From: an uncultured Marinilabiliaceae bacterium
Lineage (GTDB): Bacteria; Bacteroidota; Bacteroidia; Bacteroidales; Marinilabiliaceae
NCBI GenBank assembly: GCA_942490535.1
Contig: CALNXQ010000001.1
Location: 124,396 to 188,395 of the forward strand
Length of the DNA: 64,000 bases
Direction of reading: 5' to 3'
Shown: positions 54,621-64,000 of the stretch, piece by piece
Numbering within the stretch: the stretch's first letter is position 1
Layout of the letters: every line of letters begins with the position of its first letter
Notes under the pieces: model-generated
Database searches by the model: none
What the model was told of the DNA's origin: nothing
Seen by the model: the letters and a program-made list of their open reading frames with translations, nothing else
Position numbers and translations under genes: made by a program

Positions 54621-55025
54621 CTATTCGTCGGCTGTTAACCATTCCATCGCTGCTTCACGGGTTGAGAAATTCTCTCGTTTCGTGATGGAATTTTCCGGTA
54701 GCCAGGAAAATAGCATGGTGTAGGCCGTCACCTTGGGATCTGTGACATAGAAGGCCGTTCTCACGTCTTTGAATTTTTCGGTGGCTGCTTCTGCCAATTT
54801 TGATAATTTTGAAATATCATTCAGATGTAAAACGAGATCCGCTTCTGTCAGATCGTAAAAGATGCGCAGGTTTTCAGGCAGGTTTTCTAAATTCTTAAAG
54901 TCATGGATGAACTCAATTAAGTCTTCCAAAGTCACTTTTTGGGTAAAGGAAACATGCAGGATATGGTCGATGTAGGCATATGATATCATAATTGGTTTAG
55001 CTAAGGGGCGAATAAAAAGGTTCAT
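54621..55025 (-). CDS. Hypothetical STAS/SpoIIAA-like small protein, paralog of 6699..7166
   Basis: It shares the overall pattern and the C-terminal ...EAAMEWL motif with the 6699 gene product. It is translationally coupled (4-nt overlap) to the upstream 170-aa ORF. Confidence 0.45.
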   Translation of the reverse strand: MNLFIRPLAKPIMISYAYIDHILHVSFTQKVTLEDLIEFIHDFKNLENLPENLRIFYDLTEADLVLHLNDISKLSKLAEAATEKFKDVRTAFYVTDPKVTAYTMLFSWLPENSITKRENFSTREAAMEWLTADE

Positions 55026-55534
55026 TGTTTGGCAATCCAGTTTCTGAACGGCTCCGAAATTAATATGCTTTGCAATACATTAATGGTGGTTTGTCCGGGC
55101 AAATCTTTTAAAAATTTCTCTACCTCACTGGATTCCAAATTGGTGGTAGATAAGATGGATTTTAAGCGTTTCAGGGCTGCTCCGGTTAGCTCATCTTCCA
55201 GGGGGGTCCACACAAAATTCAAATCGGCTCCCGATTCGCCAGTGTCCTGAGTGCTTTTGTCAGCCGTCATTTCCATTTCCCGGATGATCATGGATAAGGT
55301 GGATTTGCAATCGGTTTTGACCGGGTCAGACACACCTGATTCGTCGCGAAGAGCCCAGCTACTATAGGCATAGTCAATTTTTTCAATCGCTTTTATTTGT
55401 GGCGCATGCATGCCCAAATAGGATTCTAAAACCAAACAAGTGGCCTTTTTCCACGAGGATAAGTCAAAGGTGCGCTCGTCAACTTTTTGGAGTTGCTCTT
55501 TAAGTAGGGTGATATAGGATTCTTTCTGGCTCAT
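55022..55534 (-). CDS. Hypothetical cytoplasmic protein (170 aa), partner of the STAS-like ORF
   Basis: It is an ORF with coding-like composition and a 4-nt overlap with the downstream gene. No family was recognised. Confidence 0.4.
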   Translation of the reverse strand: MSQKESYITLLKEQLQKVDERTFDLSSWKKATCLVLESYLGMHAPQIKAIEKIDYAYSSWALRDESGVSDPVKTDCKSTLSMIIREMEMTADKSTQDTGESGADLNFVWTPLEDELTGAALKRLKSILSTTNLESSEVEKFLKDLPGQTTINVLQSILISEPFRNWIAKQ

Positions 55535-55591
55535 GATTGCCTTTTAATTAGATAGGTCTGATATTGTTGATGAAAAATAACAAAAAATGCT

Positions 55592-56008
55592 ATGAAGACG
55601 ATTTTATGTGGATTGTTTTTGATAACAATGCCTTTTATAGGGATGACTGCACAAAAAACCAATGTAAGAGAAACGGACAAACTAATGGTTGTTTGGACTA
55701 GTGGCGACCCGGATGTGGCTCTTAAAGTCTGTTTTATGTATGCCCACGCTGCCCGGCGAATGGAGTGGTTTAAGGAGGTTACATTAATTGTATGGGGACC
55801 ATCGGCCAAGTTATTGACTGAAAATGAGGAAGTGAAAAATAAATTGATGCAGATGATAGCTGATGGGGTGGTGGTGGAAGCCTGCGTGAATTGTGCAGAT
55901 ATGTATGGTGTAAGTGACCAGCTGCGCCACCTGGGAATCGATGTGAAAGGCATGGGAAAACCGCTGACTGAACGCTTGAAAGCCGGTTGGTGCCAGTTGA
56001 ATTTTTAG
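55592..56008 (+). CDS. DsrE/DsrF-like family protein with signal peptide
   Basis: It has a DsrE-like fold pattern (VVWTSGDP...GVVVEACVNCADMYG) and an N-terminal signal. Confidence 0.5.
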   Translation: MKTILCGLFLITMPFIGMTAQKTNVRETDKLMVVWTSGDPDVALKVCFMYAHAARRMEWFKEVTLIVWGPSAKLLTENEEVKNKLMQMIADGVVVEACVNCADMYGVSDQLRHLGIDVKGMGKPLTERLKAGWCQLNF

Positions 56009-56067
56009 TAAAAAAAACGCGAAGGAAATAACTGATTCCTTCGCGTAATATCTATTGAAACATTTTC

Positions 56068-57294
56068 TTATTCGAATTGAGCAAATGTGCTTTTAATCAC
56101 ATCAAGTGCTTCGCGTAATTGCGTTTCGTTAATCACCAATGGAGGGGCAAAACGGATGATGTTTCCATGGGTTGGTTTGGCAATTAAACCATTTTCCTTC
56201 ATGGCCACACAGACATCCCATGCTGTTTTTCCATTTTTATTTCTAATCACCACCGCATTTAGTAAACCCTTACCGCGTACCAGTTCAATCATATCTGATT
56301 TCACATTCGATAGTTCTTCGCGGAAGATTTTACCTAAGCGTTCAGCATTTTCAGCTAATTTTTCATCTTTCACCACTTCTAAAGCGGCAATGGCTACTTT
56401 ACAGCCCAGTGGGTTTCCACCGTAAGTAGAACCGTGCTCACCTGGTTTGATGGCCAACATCACATCGTCATCAGCTAACACCGCTGATACCGGGAAGACT
56501 CCACCTGAAATGGCTTTACCCAGGATCAATACATCCGGACGAACGCCTTCGTGATCACAAGCTAACAGTTTTCCGGTACGAGCAATACCTGTTTGTACTT
56601 CATCTGCCATGAACAGTACATTTTTCGCCTTACACATCTCAAAGGCCTTTTTCAGGTAACCATCACCCGGTACAAATACGCCAGCCTCACCTTGAATAGG
56701 CTCCACCAGGAATCCCGCTACATTCGGATCTTCCAGTTCTTTAGCCAAAGCATCCAGGTCATTGTAAGGTACGGTTACAAAACCTGGTGTGTAAGGACCA
56801 AATCCTTTGTATGAATCCGGATCAGTGGACATGGAAATAATGGATATGGTACGGCCATGGAAGTTACCTTCGCAAACAATAATTTTAGCCTGGTTTTCAG
56901 GTACCCCTTTTCTTTCGTAGGCCCATTTCCGACACAGCTTCAACGCCGTCTCATCGGCTTCAGCTCCGGTATTCATTGGCAACACTTTGTCGAATCCGAA
57001 GTACTTGGTGATGTACTCTTCAAATTCACCTAAAACACTGCTGTAGAAAGCACGGGAAGTAAGGGTTAAGTCTTGTGCCTGATCAGTCAACGCTTTGATG
57101 ATTCGGGGGTGACAGTGACCTTGGTTAACAGCTGAGTAAGCCGAAAGGAAGTCGAAGTATTTCTTACCATCCACATCCCATACATAGATGCCTTCGCCTT
57201 TTTCTAGTACTACTGGAAGTGGGTGATAGTTGTGTGCACCATATTTGTCCTCGCGGTCAATGTAATCTTGTTGTGTCATTTTCTTCTCTGTCAT
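56068..57294 (-). CDS. rocD: Ornithine--oxo-acid aminotransferase (class III PLP aminotransferase)
   Basis: The PLP-Lys region is in [35 protein letters not shown], and the N-terminus is OAT-like. Confidence 0.8.
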   Translation of the reverse strand: MTEKKMTQQDYIDREDKYGAHNYHPLPVVLEKGEGIYVWDVDGKKYFDFLSAYSAVNQGHCHPRIIKALTDQAQDLTLTSRAFYSSVLGEFEEYITKYFGFDKVLPMNTGAEADETALKLCRKWAYERKGVPENQAKIIVCEGNFHGRTISIISMSTDPDSYKGFGPYTPGFVTVPYNDLDALAKELEDPNVAGFLVEPIQGEAGVFVPGDGYLKKAFEMCKAKNVLFMADEVQTGIARTGKLLACDHEGVRPDVLILGKAISGGVFPVSAVLADDDVMLAIKPGEHGSTYGGNPLGCKVAIAALEVVKDEKLAENAERLGKIFREELSNVKSDMIELVRGKGLLNAVVIRNKNGKTAWDVCVAMKENGLIAKPTHGNIIRFAPPLVINETQLREALDVIKSTFAQFE

Positions 57295-57455
57295 AACTAC
57301 GGATTTAGTTCTGTAAACTTTTATTTGGTTTGAAACAAAAATAGCGGATTAAACCAATTATAAAACAGTTTAAAAGCTGAGTTTTATCAGATTTACGAAA
57401 ATAGTTCAACAGCCATTCTTCGCGCGCCAGGGATGGGTCTGTAACTTCCCAAGCC

Positions 57456-59885
57456 TTAAAAGGCGGCCGATAACTTGACGTTAAAACGGCGGGATGTCAG
57501 GTAATTGGGGACGGCATATTGGCGGTTGTGCACATCCGAGATCCAAAAGTAAGAGATGGTGTTGTTGATATCAAACAAATTAAAGATCTCTACTCCTAAC
57601 CAACAATCCTTAATAAAGCTATTGGGATTGGGATGCCGGCCTCTCAAATCCTTTGAAAAGCCAATGTCGACACGCCGATAGGCCGGCATGCGGTTGGTGG
57701 CCAGGTAACGGGGTGACTGGGGTGGCCCAAAGGGTAAGCCTGTGCCATACAACAGATTCAGATGCACTTTAAACGTTGGATTATTGGGCATGTAATCCTG
57801 GAAGAACAAAGAGAAATTAACACGTTGATCCGAGGGCCTGGGTACATAGCCCGGATAAATCATTTGGCCGTCGCCATCTATATAGAAGTCGTCTTCCAGA
57901 TCTTCCTCGGTCTTCATGAATGACAGGTTGGCCCAGGATTCTACGCCGGGCACGAATTCGCCATGTATTTTTAAGTCAATACCGGCTGCATAACCCTTCG
58001 CATTGTTTTTGCCGGAGTAACGGATACGGACGTTATCAACCTGGTAAGGGATGAGGTCGGTCATGTATTTATAATAGGCCTCAGTTGTAAATTTAAAGGG
58101 GCGGCCATTTACGTCGAAGATATAATCATACCCACCTACCAGCTGATAGGATTTTTGCGCTTGGATGTCCGGATTTAAATCGCCTGCCGGAGTGCGTAGT
58201 TCTTTATACAGGGGCGATTGGTAATAGATGCCGGTGGCCAGCCGGTAGCGTTTATTTTTATTACCTGATGGATAATACAGGAGGTTCAGGCGCGGACTAA
58301 TGAGCAATTCATTATTGTAATCCCAATAATTCACACGGATGCCGCCATTGACTAACAGAATACCACTGTTGAGTTCCCATTTGTATTCATCCTGAAGATA
58401 GGCGGTCACCCGGTTACTGGCGGTTTCCAAATCGGCATTGTAGGAATAGACCAGCTTCACTTCTTTATCGGAATAGGGGAGCGAGTAACCAGCTGAATCA
58501 CGCATCTCCCACTCATTGAGAAAATACTTAAACCGTTCGTGCTGATATTTGACCTCCCAGGTGAGCAGGTGCTCGTTTAATTGGTGTTTGCCCTGAACGG
58601 CCACATTTTGGATGATGCCCAATAAATCGTTGCGGGCATGTTCCAGGTGACTGCCAACACCAATGTTTTGAATACCGTCAATTTCTGGCGCAGGCTCATT
58701 GTCCATGGGTTCGATGTTTTGTAACGAGTATTGTCCCAGAATGTCATAGGTTTCCTCTTCGTAAGTGCGATAGCCTGAAGCTGAAAGTTTGTATTGATTG
58801 GTAACATTAGGCATGTGTTTGATGGAGATGGCTCCCAGACCCGTTTGAAACAAGTCTTTTTCCTGGCCTTTAAAAACTACATATAGTTTTTTTGCTTCCT
58901 GTATCGTGCCAAATACTGTTTCGCGATCAACCGGCTCAAAATTGTAGGCGTTTTGCGAATAGTAACCCAATGCTTCCACTTGCCAATTTTCATTAATGGT
59001 ATAGGTGATGAAAGATTGGGCATCGAAAAAGACAGGATTGTAATCACCTGATACATCCAAAGTACCCAAAAGGTATTTGTTGGTTTTGTAGCGAAGGCCG
59101 GTGATGGCCGATAGTTTGCCATTTTTTGTACTGCCTTCAACGTGGCCGGAGGCACCAAGCAGGCTTGCTTGCATACTTCCTTGAAGCGCTTTGGGTTGCT
59201 TGTAGCGCACATCCAATACCGATGACATTTTATCGCCATACTGGGCTTCAAAACCACCGGGCGAAAATTTTAAGGAGGAGACCAAATCCGGATTGATAAA
59301 ACTCAAGCCTTCCTGCTGTCCCGAGCGAATTAAAAAGGGCCGATAGATCTCAATGTCGTTGACGTAAACCAGGTTTTCATCGTAATTACCGCCCCGCACA
59401 CGGTATTGTGAACTTAATTCGTTGTTGGAAGCCACCCCCATTTGACTCTTCACCAGGCCTTCAATGTTGCCACCCGATGCATCCGGAAGGGCTTTAATGA
59501 GTTTGGGATCAATTTTGGTGAAGCTTTGATCCTTGATCTCACCGGTTACTTCAACCTGGTCGATCACTTCTTGTTTGGCCTCCAATACAATGATCATGTT
59601 TTTCAAGTCCCCTATCTGGCGAATTTCAATCTCCCGGGAGGCATATCCAATATAAGAAGTGACCAGCGTAAAGGGCAGTGGAGTTTGGGTCGCAAACGAA
59701 AAATGGCCGTTCTGATCGGTGATGGTACCATCTGGTCTGTCTTTTAAGGTAATGTTCACAAATTCCAATGGGTGATGGAGTGAATCAGTTACCTGACCGG
59801 AAAGCAGGTGTTTCTCCTGAGCGAAAAGCAGGGCTCCGGGTAGACAAAGAAGAATGATCAGAAAGATTAGGACGTATTTATTCAT
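57456..59885 (-). CDS. TonB-dependent outer membrane receptor with N-terminal carboxypeptidase-regulatory-like domain
   Basis: It has a signal peptide, a CarbopepD_reg-like region (LSGQVTDS...NITLKDRPDGTITDQNGHFSF), a plug and barrel, and a C-terminal aromatic residue (F). Confidence 0.8.
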   Translation of the reverse strand: MNKYVLIFLIILLCLPGALLFAQEKHLLSGQVTDSLHHPLEFVNITLKDRPDGTITDQNGHFSFATQTPLPFTLVTSYIGYASREIEIRQIGDLKNMIIVLEAKQEVIDQVEVTGEIKDQSFTKIDPKLIKALPDASGGNIEGLVKSQMGVASNNELSSQYRVRGGNYDENLVYVNDIEIYRPFLIRSGQQEGLSFINPDLVSSLKFSPGGFEAQYGDKMSSVLDVRYKQPKALQGSMQASLLGASGHVEGSTKNGKLSAITGLRYKTNKYLLGTLDVSGDYNPVFFDAQSFITYTINENWQVEALGYYSQNAYNFEPVDRETVFGTIQEAKKLYVVFKGQEKDLFQTGLGAISIKHMPNVTNQYKLSASGYRTYEEETYDILGQYSLQNIEPMDNEPAPEIDGIQNIGVGSHLEHARNDLLGIIQNVAVQGKHQLNEHLLTWEVKYQHERFKYFLNEWEMRDSAGYSLPYSDKEVKLVYSYNADLETASNRVTAYLQDEYKWELNSGILLVNGGIRVNYWDYNNELLISPRLNLLYYPSGNKNKRYRLATGIYYQSPLYKELRTPAGDLNPDIQAQKSYQLVGGYDYIFDVNGRPFKFTTEAYYKYMTDLIPYQVDNVRIRYSGKNNAKGYAAGIDLKIHGEFVPGVESWANLSFMKTEEDLEDDFYIDGDGQMIYPGYVPRPSDQRVNFSLFFQDYMPNNPTFKVHLNLLYGTGLPFGPPQSPRYLATNRMPAYRRVDIGFSKDLRGRHPNPNSFIKDCWLGVEIFNLFDINNTISYFWISDVHNRQYAVPNYLTSRRFNVKLSAAF

Positions 59886-60229
59886 CGCATAAAAATAGGA
59901 ATGATCAGCAATTATAAAAAACAGTTTTTTATGGATTTTAGTATCTCGATGGTTTAATTGAGACGCAATGATATTTTAAATGGGGAGGAAGTCAGCCGCT
60001 AAAAATGAAGAGGCATTCCTGAAAGTCATCGGACATCCTGCTTAAGTGAGCGCTATAAACCCCTTAGCGTGCACATTTTTGTGTGAAGTGCTCGCTATAG
60101 GATGCCAAGTCCCCGCTTATCGGAGTTTAGTCTTCGCCAGGTTCATTCAGTATGATTTGATGGGATCACATCGATGTCATTTGAAAAGAAAAGGAAGTCA
60201 TTTATCTTTAGCCCGATTTAAACAGATAA

Positions 60230-61207
60230 ATGATGAAGACACATAAACTATTGATCATGTTAGCCATTCCGAAGGAGGGATTTGAAGCCATCTTACCGGA
60301 TTGGGAACTGGTCTACCCCGAAGAGGAAGCATTCACACAAGAGGAGTTGAAAGAAAAAATAGCTGATTGTGAGGCCGTGGTGACCGTGTATGGCCATAAG
60401 CTAAGTAATGAGGTGATAGATGCTGCTCCCCACCTGAAGATGATTGCCAATTTTGGGGCTGGATTTGATAATATTGATGTCAGCTACGCCACTTCCAAAG
60501 GTATTTTAGTGACCAATAGTCCCGATCCGGTAACTGAACCGACAGCCGAATTGGCTATGGGATTAATGATTTCTGTCGCGCGGCGCATGGGTGAAATGAA
60601 TAACCGTTTGCGCACCAAAGGTGAAATAACCTGGGGGGTGATGCGTAACCTGAGTACAACCCTGGTCGGGAAGCGCTTAGGTATTGTTGGTATGGGTGCT
60701 ATTGGTAAGGCTTTGGCCCGACGGGCTTTGGCATCGGGCATGGATATTGTTTACCACAATCGCACCCGGGTGGAGGAAACTGTGGAGGCTGAATTAAAAG
60801 CCGCTTATGTATCGCTGGAGGAGCTGTTGAAAACGGCCGATGTGGTTTCTTTAAACATGCCGCTGACGCCTGATACCAAGCACATGATTGGTAAAGCTGA
60901 GCTGGAAATGATGAAGCCAAGCGCTTATCTGGTGAATACGGCGCGTGGCCCGGTGGTGGATGAGCAGGCTTTAATTGAGGCCTTGGAGACAGAAGAAATT
61001 GCAGGTGTCGGTCTGGATGTGTATGAGCGTGAACCCACGATTCCGGAAGCGTATATGAAGATGCACAATGTGGCACTTATGCCGCATTTGGGCACGGCGA
61101 CACATGAAACGCGAAGAGAAATGTCAGTGGTGGTGGCTCAGAATATCAAGGATTATTTTAGTGGGAAGGTGCCCAGTAATCCGGTGAATAAAACCGTTTT
61201 GACCTAA
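60230..61207 (+). CDS. D-isomer-specific 2-hydroxyacid dehydrogenase (glyoxylate/hydroxypyruvate reductase-like)
   Basis: The NAD-binding motif is GIVGMGAIGKALARRA, and the catalytic R/E/H pattern is in the C-terminal half. Confidence 0.8.
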   Translation: MMKTHKLLIMLAIPKEGFEAILPDWELVYPEEEAFTQEELKEKIADCEAVVTVYGHKLSNEVIDAAPHLKMIANFGAGFDNIDVSYATSKGILVTNSPDPVTEPTAELAMGLMISVARRMGEMNNRLRTKGEITWGVMRNLSTTLVGKRLGIVGMGAIGKALARRALASGMDIVYHNRTRVEETVEAELKAAYVSLEELLKTADVVSLNMPLTPDTKHMIGKAELEMMKPSAYLVNTARGPVVDEQALIEALETEEIAGVGLDVYEREPTIPEAYMKMHNVALMPHLGTATHETRREMSVVVAQNIKDYFSGKVPSNPVNKTVLT

Positions 61208-61248
61208 AAATAGAGAGGGTGTCCATTCTTTTGGACACCCTCTGTTTG

Positions 61249-64000
61249 TTATTCCGGCTTCATCACAATCTCAATGCGACTGTCGGCTTTTAAAAATTCG
61301 TTGGCTTTCTTCTGGATGGATTCCCGGCTTAATCCTTCCACCACTTTGTCATAGTTGTCGTTGCTAATAAAATACTGACCTGATTTATAGGCTTCCCTTA
61401 GCTGGTCGAGCATAAAGTAATTTTGTTTCAGGTTGTTTTCTTTATCTTTTATCAGATACTCTTTGGTTTTCTGTAATTCCTCTGCAGTAGGACCTTCTTC
61501 CATCAACTTTTTAATGTCGTTTTGCAGTACACCCTTTAAGTGATCGGCTTTTTCGGGATCACAATCAAATTGCATGTTCATAGAATAGGACGGAACCGGT
61601 TTGTTTTTCAGGCTGCCATAAACGCCAACACCGTAGGATCCTCCTTCGTCTTCACGTACCGACTCTACAAATCGCATTTTTAAGATATAACTGATGGCAC
61701 TGTGGTATTGCTGGTTTTCGGCAGAATAATCTGCTTCGCCATGATAGCTCACAAAAACGGTTGATTTGGGGGTTTCCATCGCCCGGGTGAATGATTTTTG
61801 AGTCACTCCCTTGGGTGGACGGATGTGCCAGTCTTTTAACTGATCATCGGCCTGGCCCGAAACGGGTAAACTTCCTATGTACTGCTCCAGCAGCGGCTTG
61901 AGGGCGGCATTGTCAATGGCGCCTAAAAACAGGAATGTGAAATGCTCCGGTTGGGCGTAGCGTTCGCGGGCCATGGCAAAGGTTTGATCTGCTTTTACGG
62001 CATCGTAATCTTCAACATTACGGGGCATTTTGCGGGGGTGGTAATTGTTCGTAATGGCAGTGATGGAATCACGCATAGTGGTGCGCGGATCGCTTTGCTT
62101 ATTCATTAACACCTGCTTCTGGCGTTCCACAATGCCTGAAAATTGACTGTGATCCGTTCCCTGGTTAGTGAAATACAAGTGAATCATTTGCAAGGCTGTT
62201 TCCAGGTCTTTTTTTGTAGAAGACCCAAATATACCTTCTTCCTCGTCATTCATCCACGGGTAAATGCGGAATTGTGTACCGGTCAGCTGTTTTTTGAGAT
62301 CCGTAGACGTGAATTCAGCAATACCCCCGGTGCTCATGCCAACAGGGATCATCTCGGCCATCACCAGGTTCTCGGTGTCAAATACATTGTAACCACCCCA
62401 GCTAAAGGCGGAGAACATGATTTCATCTTCCTTGTTGTCGGTGAATTGTGTAACGACTTTAATGCCATTGGAGAGCGTCCATTCGGTGGCATTTAAATCC
62501 TCCCGGTACACTTCTTTAGTGACCGAACCCGGTGTTGGAAGGGGTTCCATTAAGGCGCGTTCCACAAAATCATCTTTATAAGGCTCTAATTCTGTTTCGA
62601 CGACTTTGGTATAAGCCGCTTTAAGCTCTGCTTCGTCAGGAATAATAAAACCTTCTTTTTCCGGACCATGTACAACTAATACACGATTTTCATCAGTGAT
62701 TAAGCGGGCTGAAACCTGGTTCACTTCTTCCAGTGTAATGGTTGGTAATACCGCCTGGTTATGGTAATAGCTGGCTTCCGGACCCGGATAGGACATCTTA
62801 TACCCAAAATGACTTAAACAAGCATAGGCCATCTGTCTGGATTCTTGTTTGTCTTTTTCGTTAAATGCTTTTTCAGCACGCGACAAATATTCTTTTTTCG
62901 CCCGGTCCAGTTCGCCTTGCGTAAATCCGTGTTGCTTGACGCGTTCGTTTTCGGTCAATACTTCTTTGAAGCTGCGGATAGGATCGGCTGGCAATGCGGT
63001 AATGCGTAAAAAATAGGCATCGTTTTGTTGTGTCAGAAAACGATAATAGGAGTAGGCACTGATAAAAGCTGGGTCAGGTGTATTTAATTTTTCCTGTAAG
63101 CGCTTATTCAACATCGATGAAAACAGATTTCTCACCATGTTTGCCCGCTCATCTTCCCAGGTTTCACTTTTTTGATGCGGGTGTTTAATATAGAGGGTGA
63201 TATCGGTGGTGCGGGCCTCCTTATCTGTGGCAGAAGCAAAGAGTGTTTCCTGGTTATCCGGAATCAGCGATGAAACGCTTTTGGCAGGTGATTCAGGCTT
63301 TTCATAAGTCCCGAATAAATCCTTTATTTTCTGTTCAATCACGTCCGGATCAATGTCGCCTACTACAGCTACAGCCATTTGATCTGGACGATATTGGCTG
63401 GTGTAGTAATTGCGTAATTCTTGCTCCGGGCAATTGTCAATCACCTCTAATTCACCAATGATATTGTGTTTCGCATAGGGCGTTTCACCATACAATACGC
63501 TGTTTGTTTGATCACTCATGCGGCGATAGGCACCACCTCTTGTTCGCCATTCTTCATGAATAACACCTCTTTCCTTATTGATTTCGGCGTCGGTGTAATC
63601 CACTTCAAAGGCCCAGTTTTGGATCACCATTAAAGCTGTATCCACATAGGTGGCTTTGGTAGTAGGTACATTATTTAAAGTGTAGGCTGTCATGGTGTAA
63701 TTGGTGAAGGCATTTACACCTGCCCCAAAGGAGACGCCAATGGATTGCATGTAATTGATAATGTCTTTGTCGGGGAAATCTTTGGTGCCATTGAAGGCCA
63801 TGTGTTCGCAAAAGTGGGCCAACCCGTTTTGTTCTGGAGTTTCATGAATGGCACCCGTATTGACAATCAGGTAGAAGAAAGCCCGTTCTTCAGGTAACTT
63901 GTTTTGCCGGATGAAATAGGTCAGGCCGTTATCCAGCTCCCCGGTTCGAAAGGAAGGATCAAAAGGAACATCACCTGAAAAGTTGGCCGGTGACTGGGCC
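61249..64000 (-). CDS. M16 family zinc metallopeptidase (two-lobe pitrilysin-like), N-terminus beyond the window end
   Basis: The inverted zinc motif HxxEH (AHFCEHMAF) is at the track's 'start', so the gene extends upstream on the minus strand to the window end at 64000. It is >900 aa. Confidence 0.75.
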   Translation of the reverse strand, partial: AQSPANFSGDVPFDPSFRTGELDNGLTYFIRQNKLPEERAFFYLIVNTGAIHETPEQNGLAHFCEHMAFNGTKDFPDKDIINYMQSIGVSFGAGVNAFTNYTMTAYTLNNVPTTKATYVDTALMVIQNWAFEVDYTDAEINKERGVIHEEWRTRGGAYRRMSDQTNSVLYGETPYAKHNIIGELEVIDNCPEQELRNYYTSQYRPDQMAVAVVGDIDPDVIEQKIKDLFGTYEKPESPAKSVSSLIPDNQETLFASATDKEARTTDITLYIKHPHQKSETWEDERANMVRNLFSSMLNKRLQEKLNTPDPAFISAYSYYRFLTQQNDAYFLRITALPADPIRSFKEVLTENERVKQHGFTQGELDRAKKEYLSRAEKAFNEKDKQESRQMAYACLSHFGYKMSYPGPEASYYHNQAVLPTITLEEVNQVSARLITDENRVLVVHGPEKEGFIIPDEAELKAAYTKVVETELEPYKDDFVERALMEPLPTPGSVTKEVYREDLNATEWTLSNGIKVVTQFTDNKEDEIMFSAFSWGGYNVFDTENLVMAEMIPVGMSTGGIAEFTSTDLKKQLTGTQFRIYPWMNDEEEGIFGSSTKKDLETALQMIHLYFTNQGTDHSQFSGIVERQKQVLMNKQSDPRTTMRDSITAITNNYHPRKMPRNVEDYDAVKADQTFAMARERYAQPEHFTFLFLGAIDNAALKPLLEQYIGSLPVSGQADDQLKDWHIRPPKGVTQKSFTRAMETPKSTVFVSYHGEADYSAENQQYHSAISYILKMRFVESVREDEGGSYGVGVYGSLKNKPVPSYSMNMQFDCDPEKADHLKGVLQNDIKKLMEEGPTAEELQKTKEYLIKDKENNLKQNYFMLDQLREAYKSGQYFISNDNYDKVVEGLSRESIQKKANEFLKADSRIEIVMKPE

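Noticed and set aside
59886-60229. Cobalamin or TPP riboswitch upstream of the TonB-dependent receptor
   Set aside because: No B12-box (GCCACTG) or TPP core (CTGAGA) elements were found on the relevant strand.
60046-60246. 66-aa plus-strand ORF in the divergent intergenic region
   Set aside because: No signal was seen. It spans the promoter region and the direct repeats, overlaps the start of the 2-hydroxyacid dehydrogenase gene in another frame, and has poor coding composition.
1-64000. CRISPR arrays, IS elements, prophage structural genes
   Set aside because: No regularly spaced direct repeats, transposase-like ORFs or phage capsid, terminase or tail genes were found on either strand.

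Overview
This is a 64 kb chromosomal window from a Bacteroidota genome, most likely Sphingobacteriia/Chitinophagia-like. Evidence for that lineage: gliding-motility gldA/gldF/gldG, a T9SS C-terminal sorting domain, TAnnTTTG-type -7 promoter boxes, SusB-like GH97, and a dapB-lepB arrangement. Core genes present are thrS-infC-rpmI-rplT, dapB, argS, rocD and tRNA-Leu(CAG). Accessory content, in order:
- A small glycan-degrading locus at the 5' end: GH144-like / GH3 / GH144-like / GH97.
- A Gfo/Idh/MocA + DUF1080 + TIM-barrel trio typical of the oxidative (3-keto) glycoside-cleavage pathway.
- A tandemly triplicated signal peptidase I array that carries a visible duplication scar.
- An XRE/S24-like repressor upstream of a single-HKD PLD-family putative nuclease.
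- The most striking feature: a co-directional five-gene cluster encoding a YbjN-like protein, PspA/IM30 (ESCRT-III-like), a YqiJ/NfeD-like membrane protein, a long flotillin/SPFH protein and a 1631-aa protein with N-terminal beta-rich region, central coiled-coil and a single C-terminal AAA_5 (MoxR/dynein-like) ATPase module.
That cluster is a candidate ATP-driven membrane-remodelling/repair system that, to my knowledge, has not been characterised.
No CRISPR arrays, transposases or integrases were seen. All domain and family assignments are from reading motifs in the supplied translations, not from database searches.
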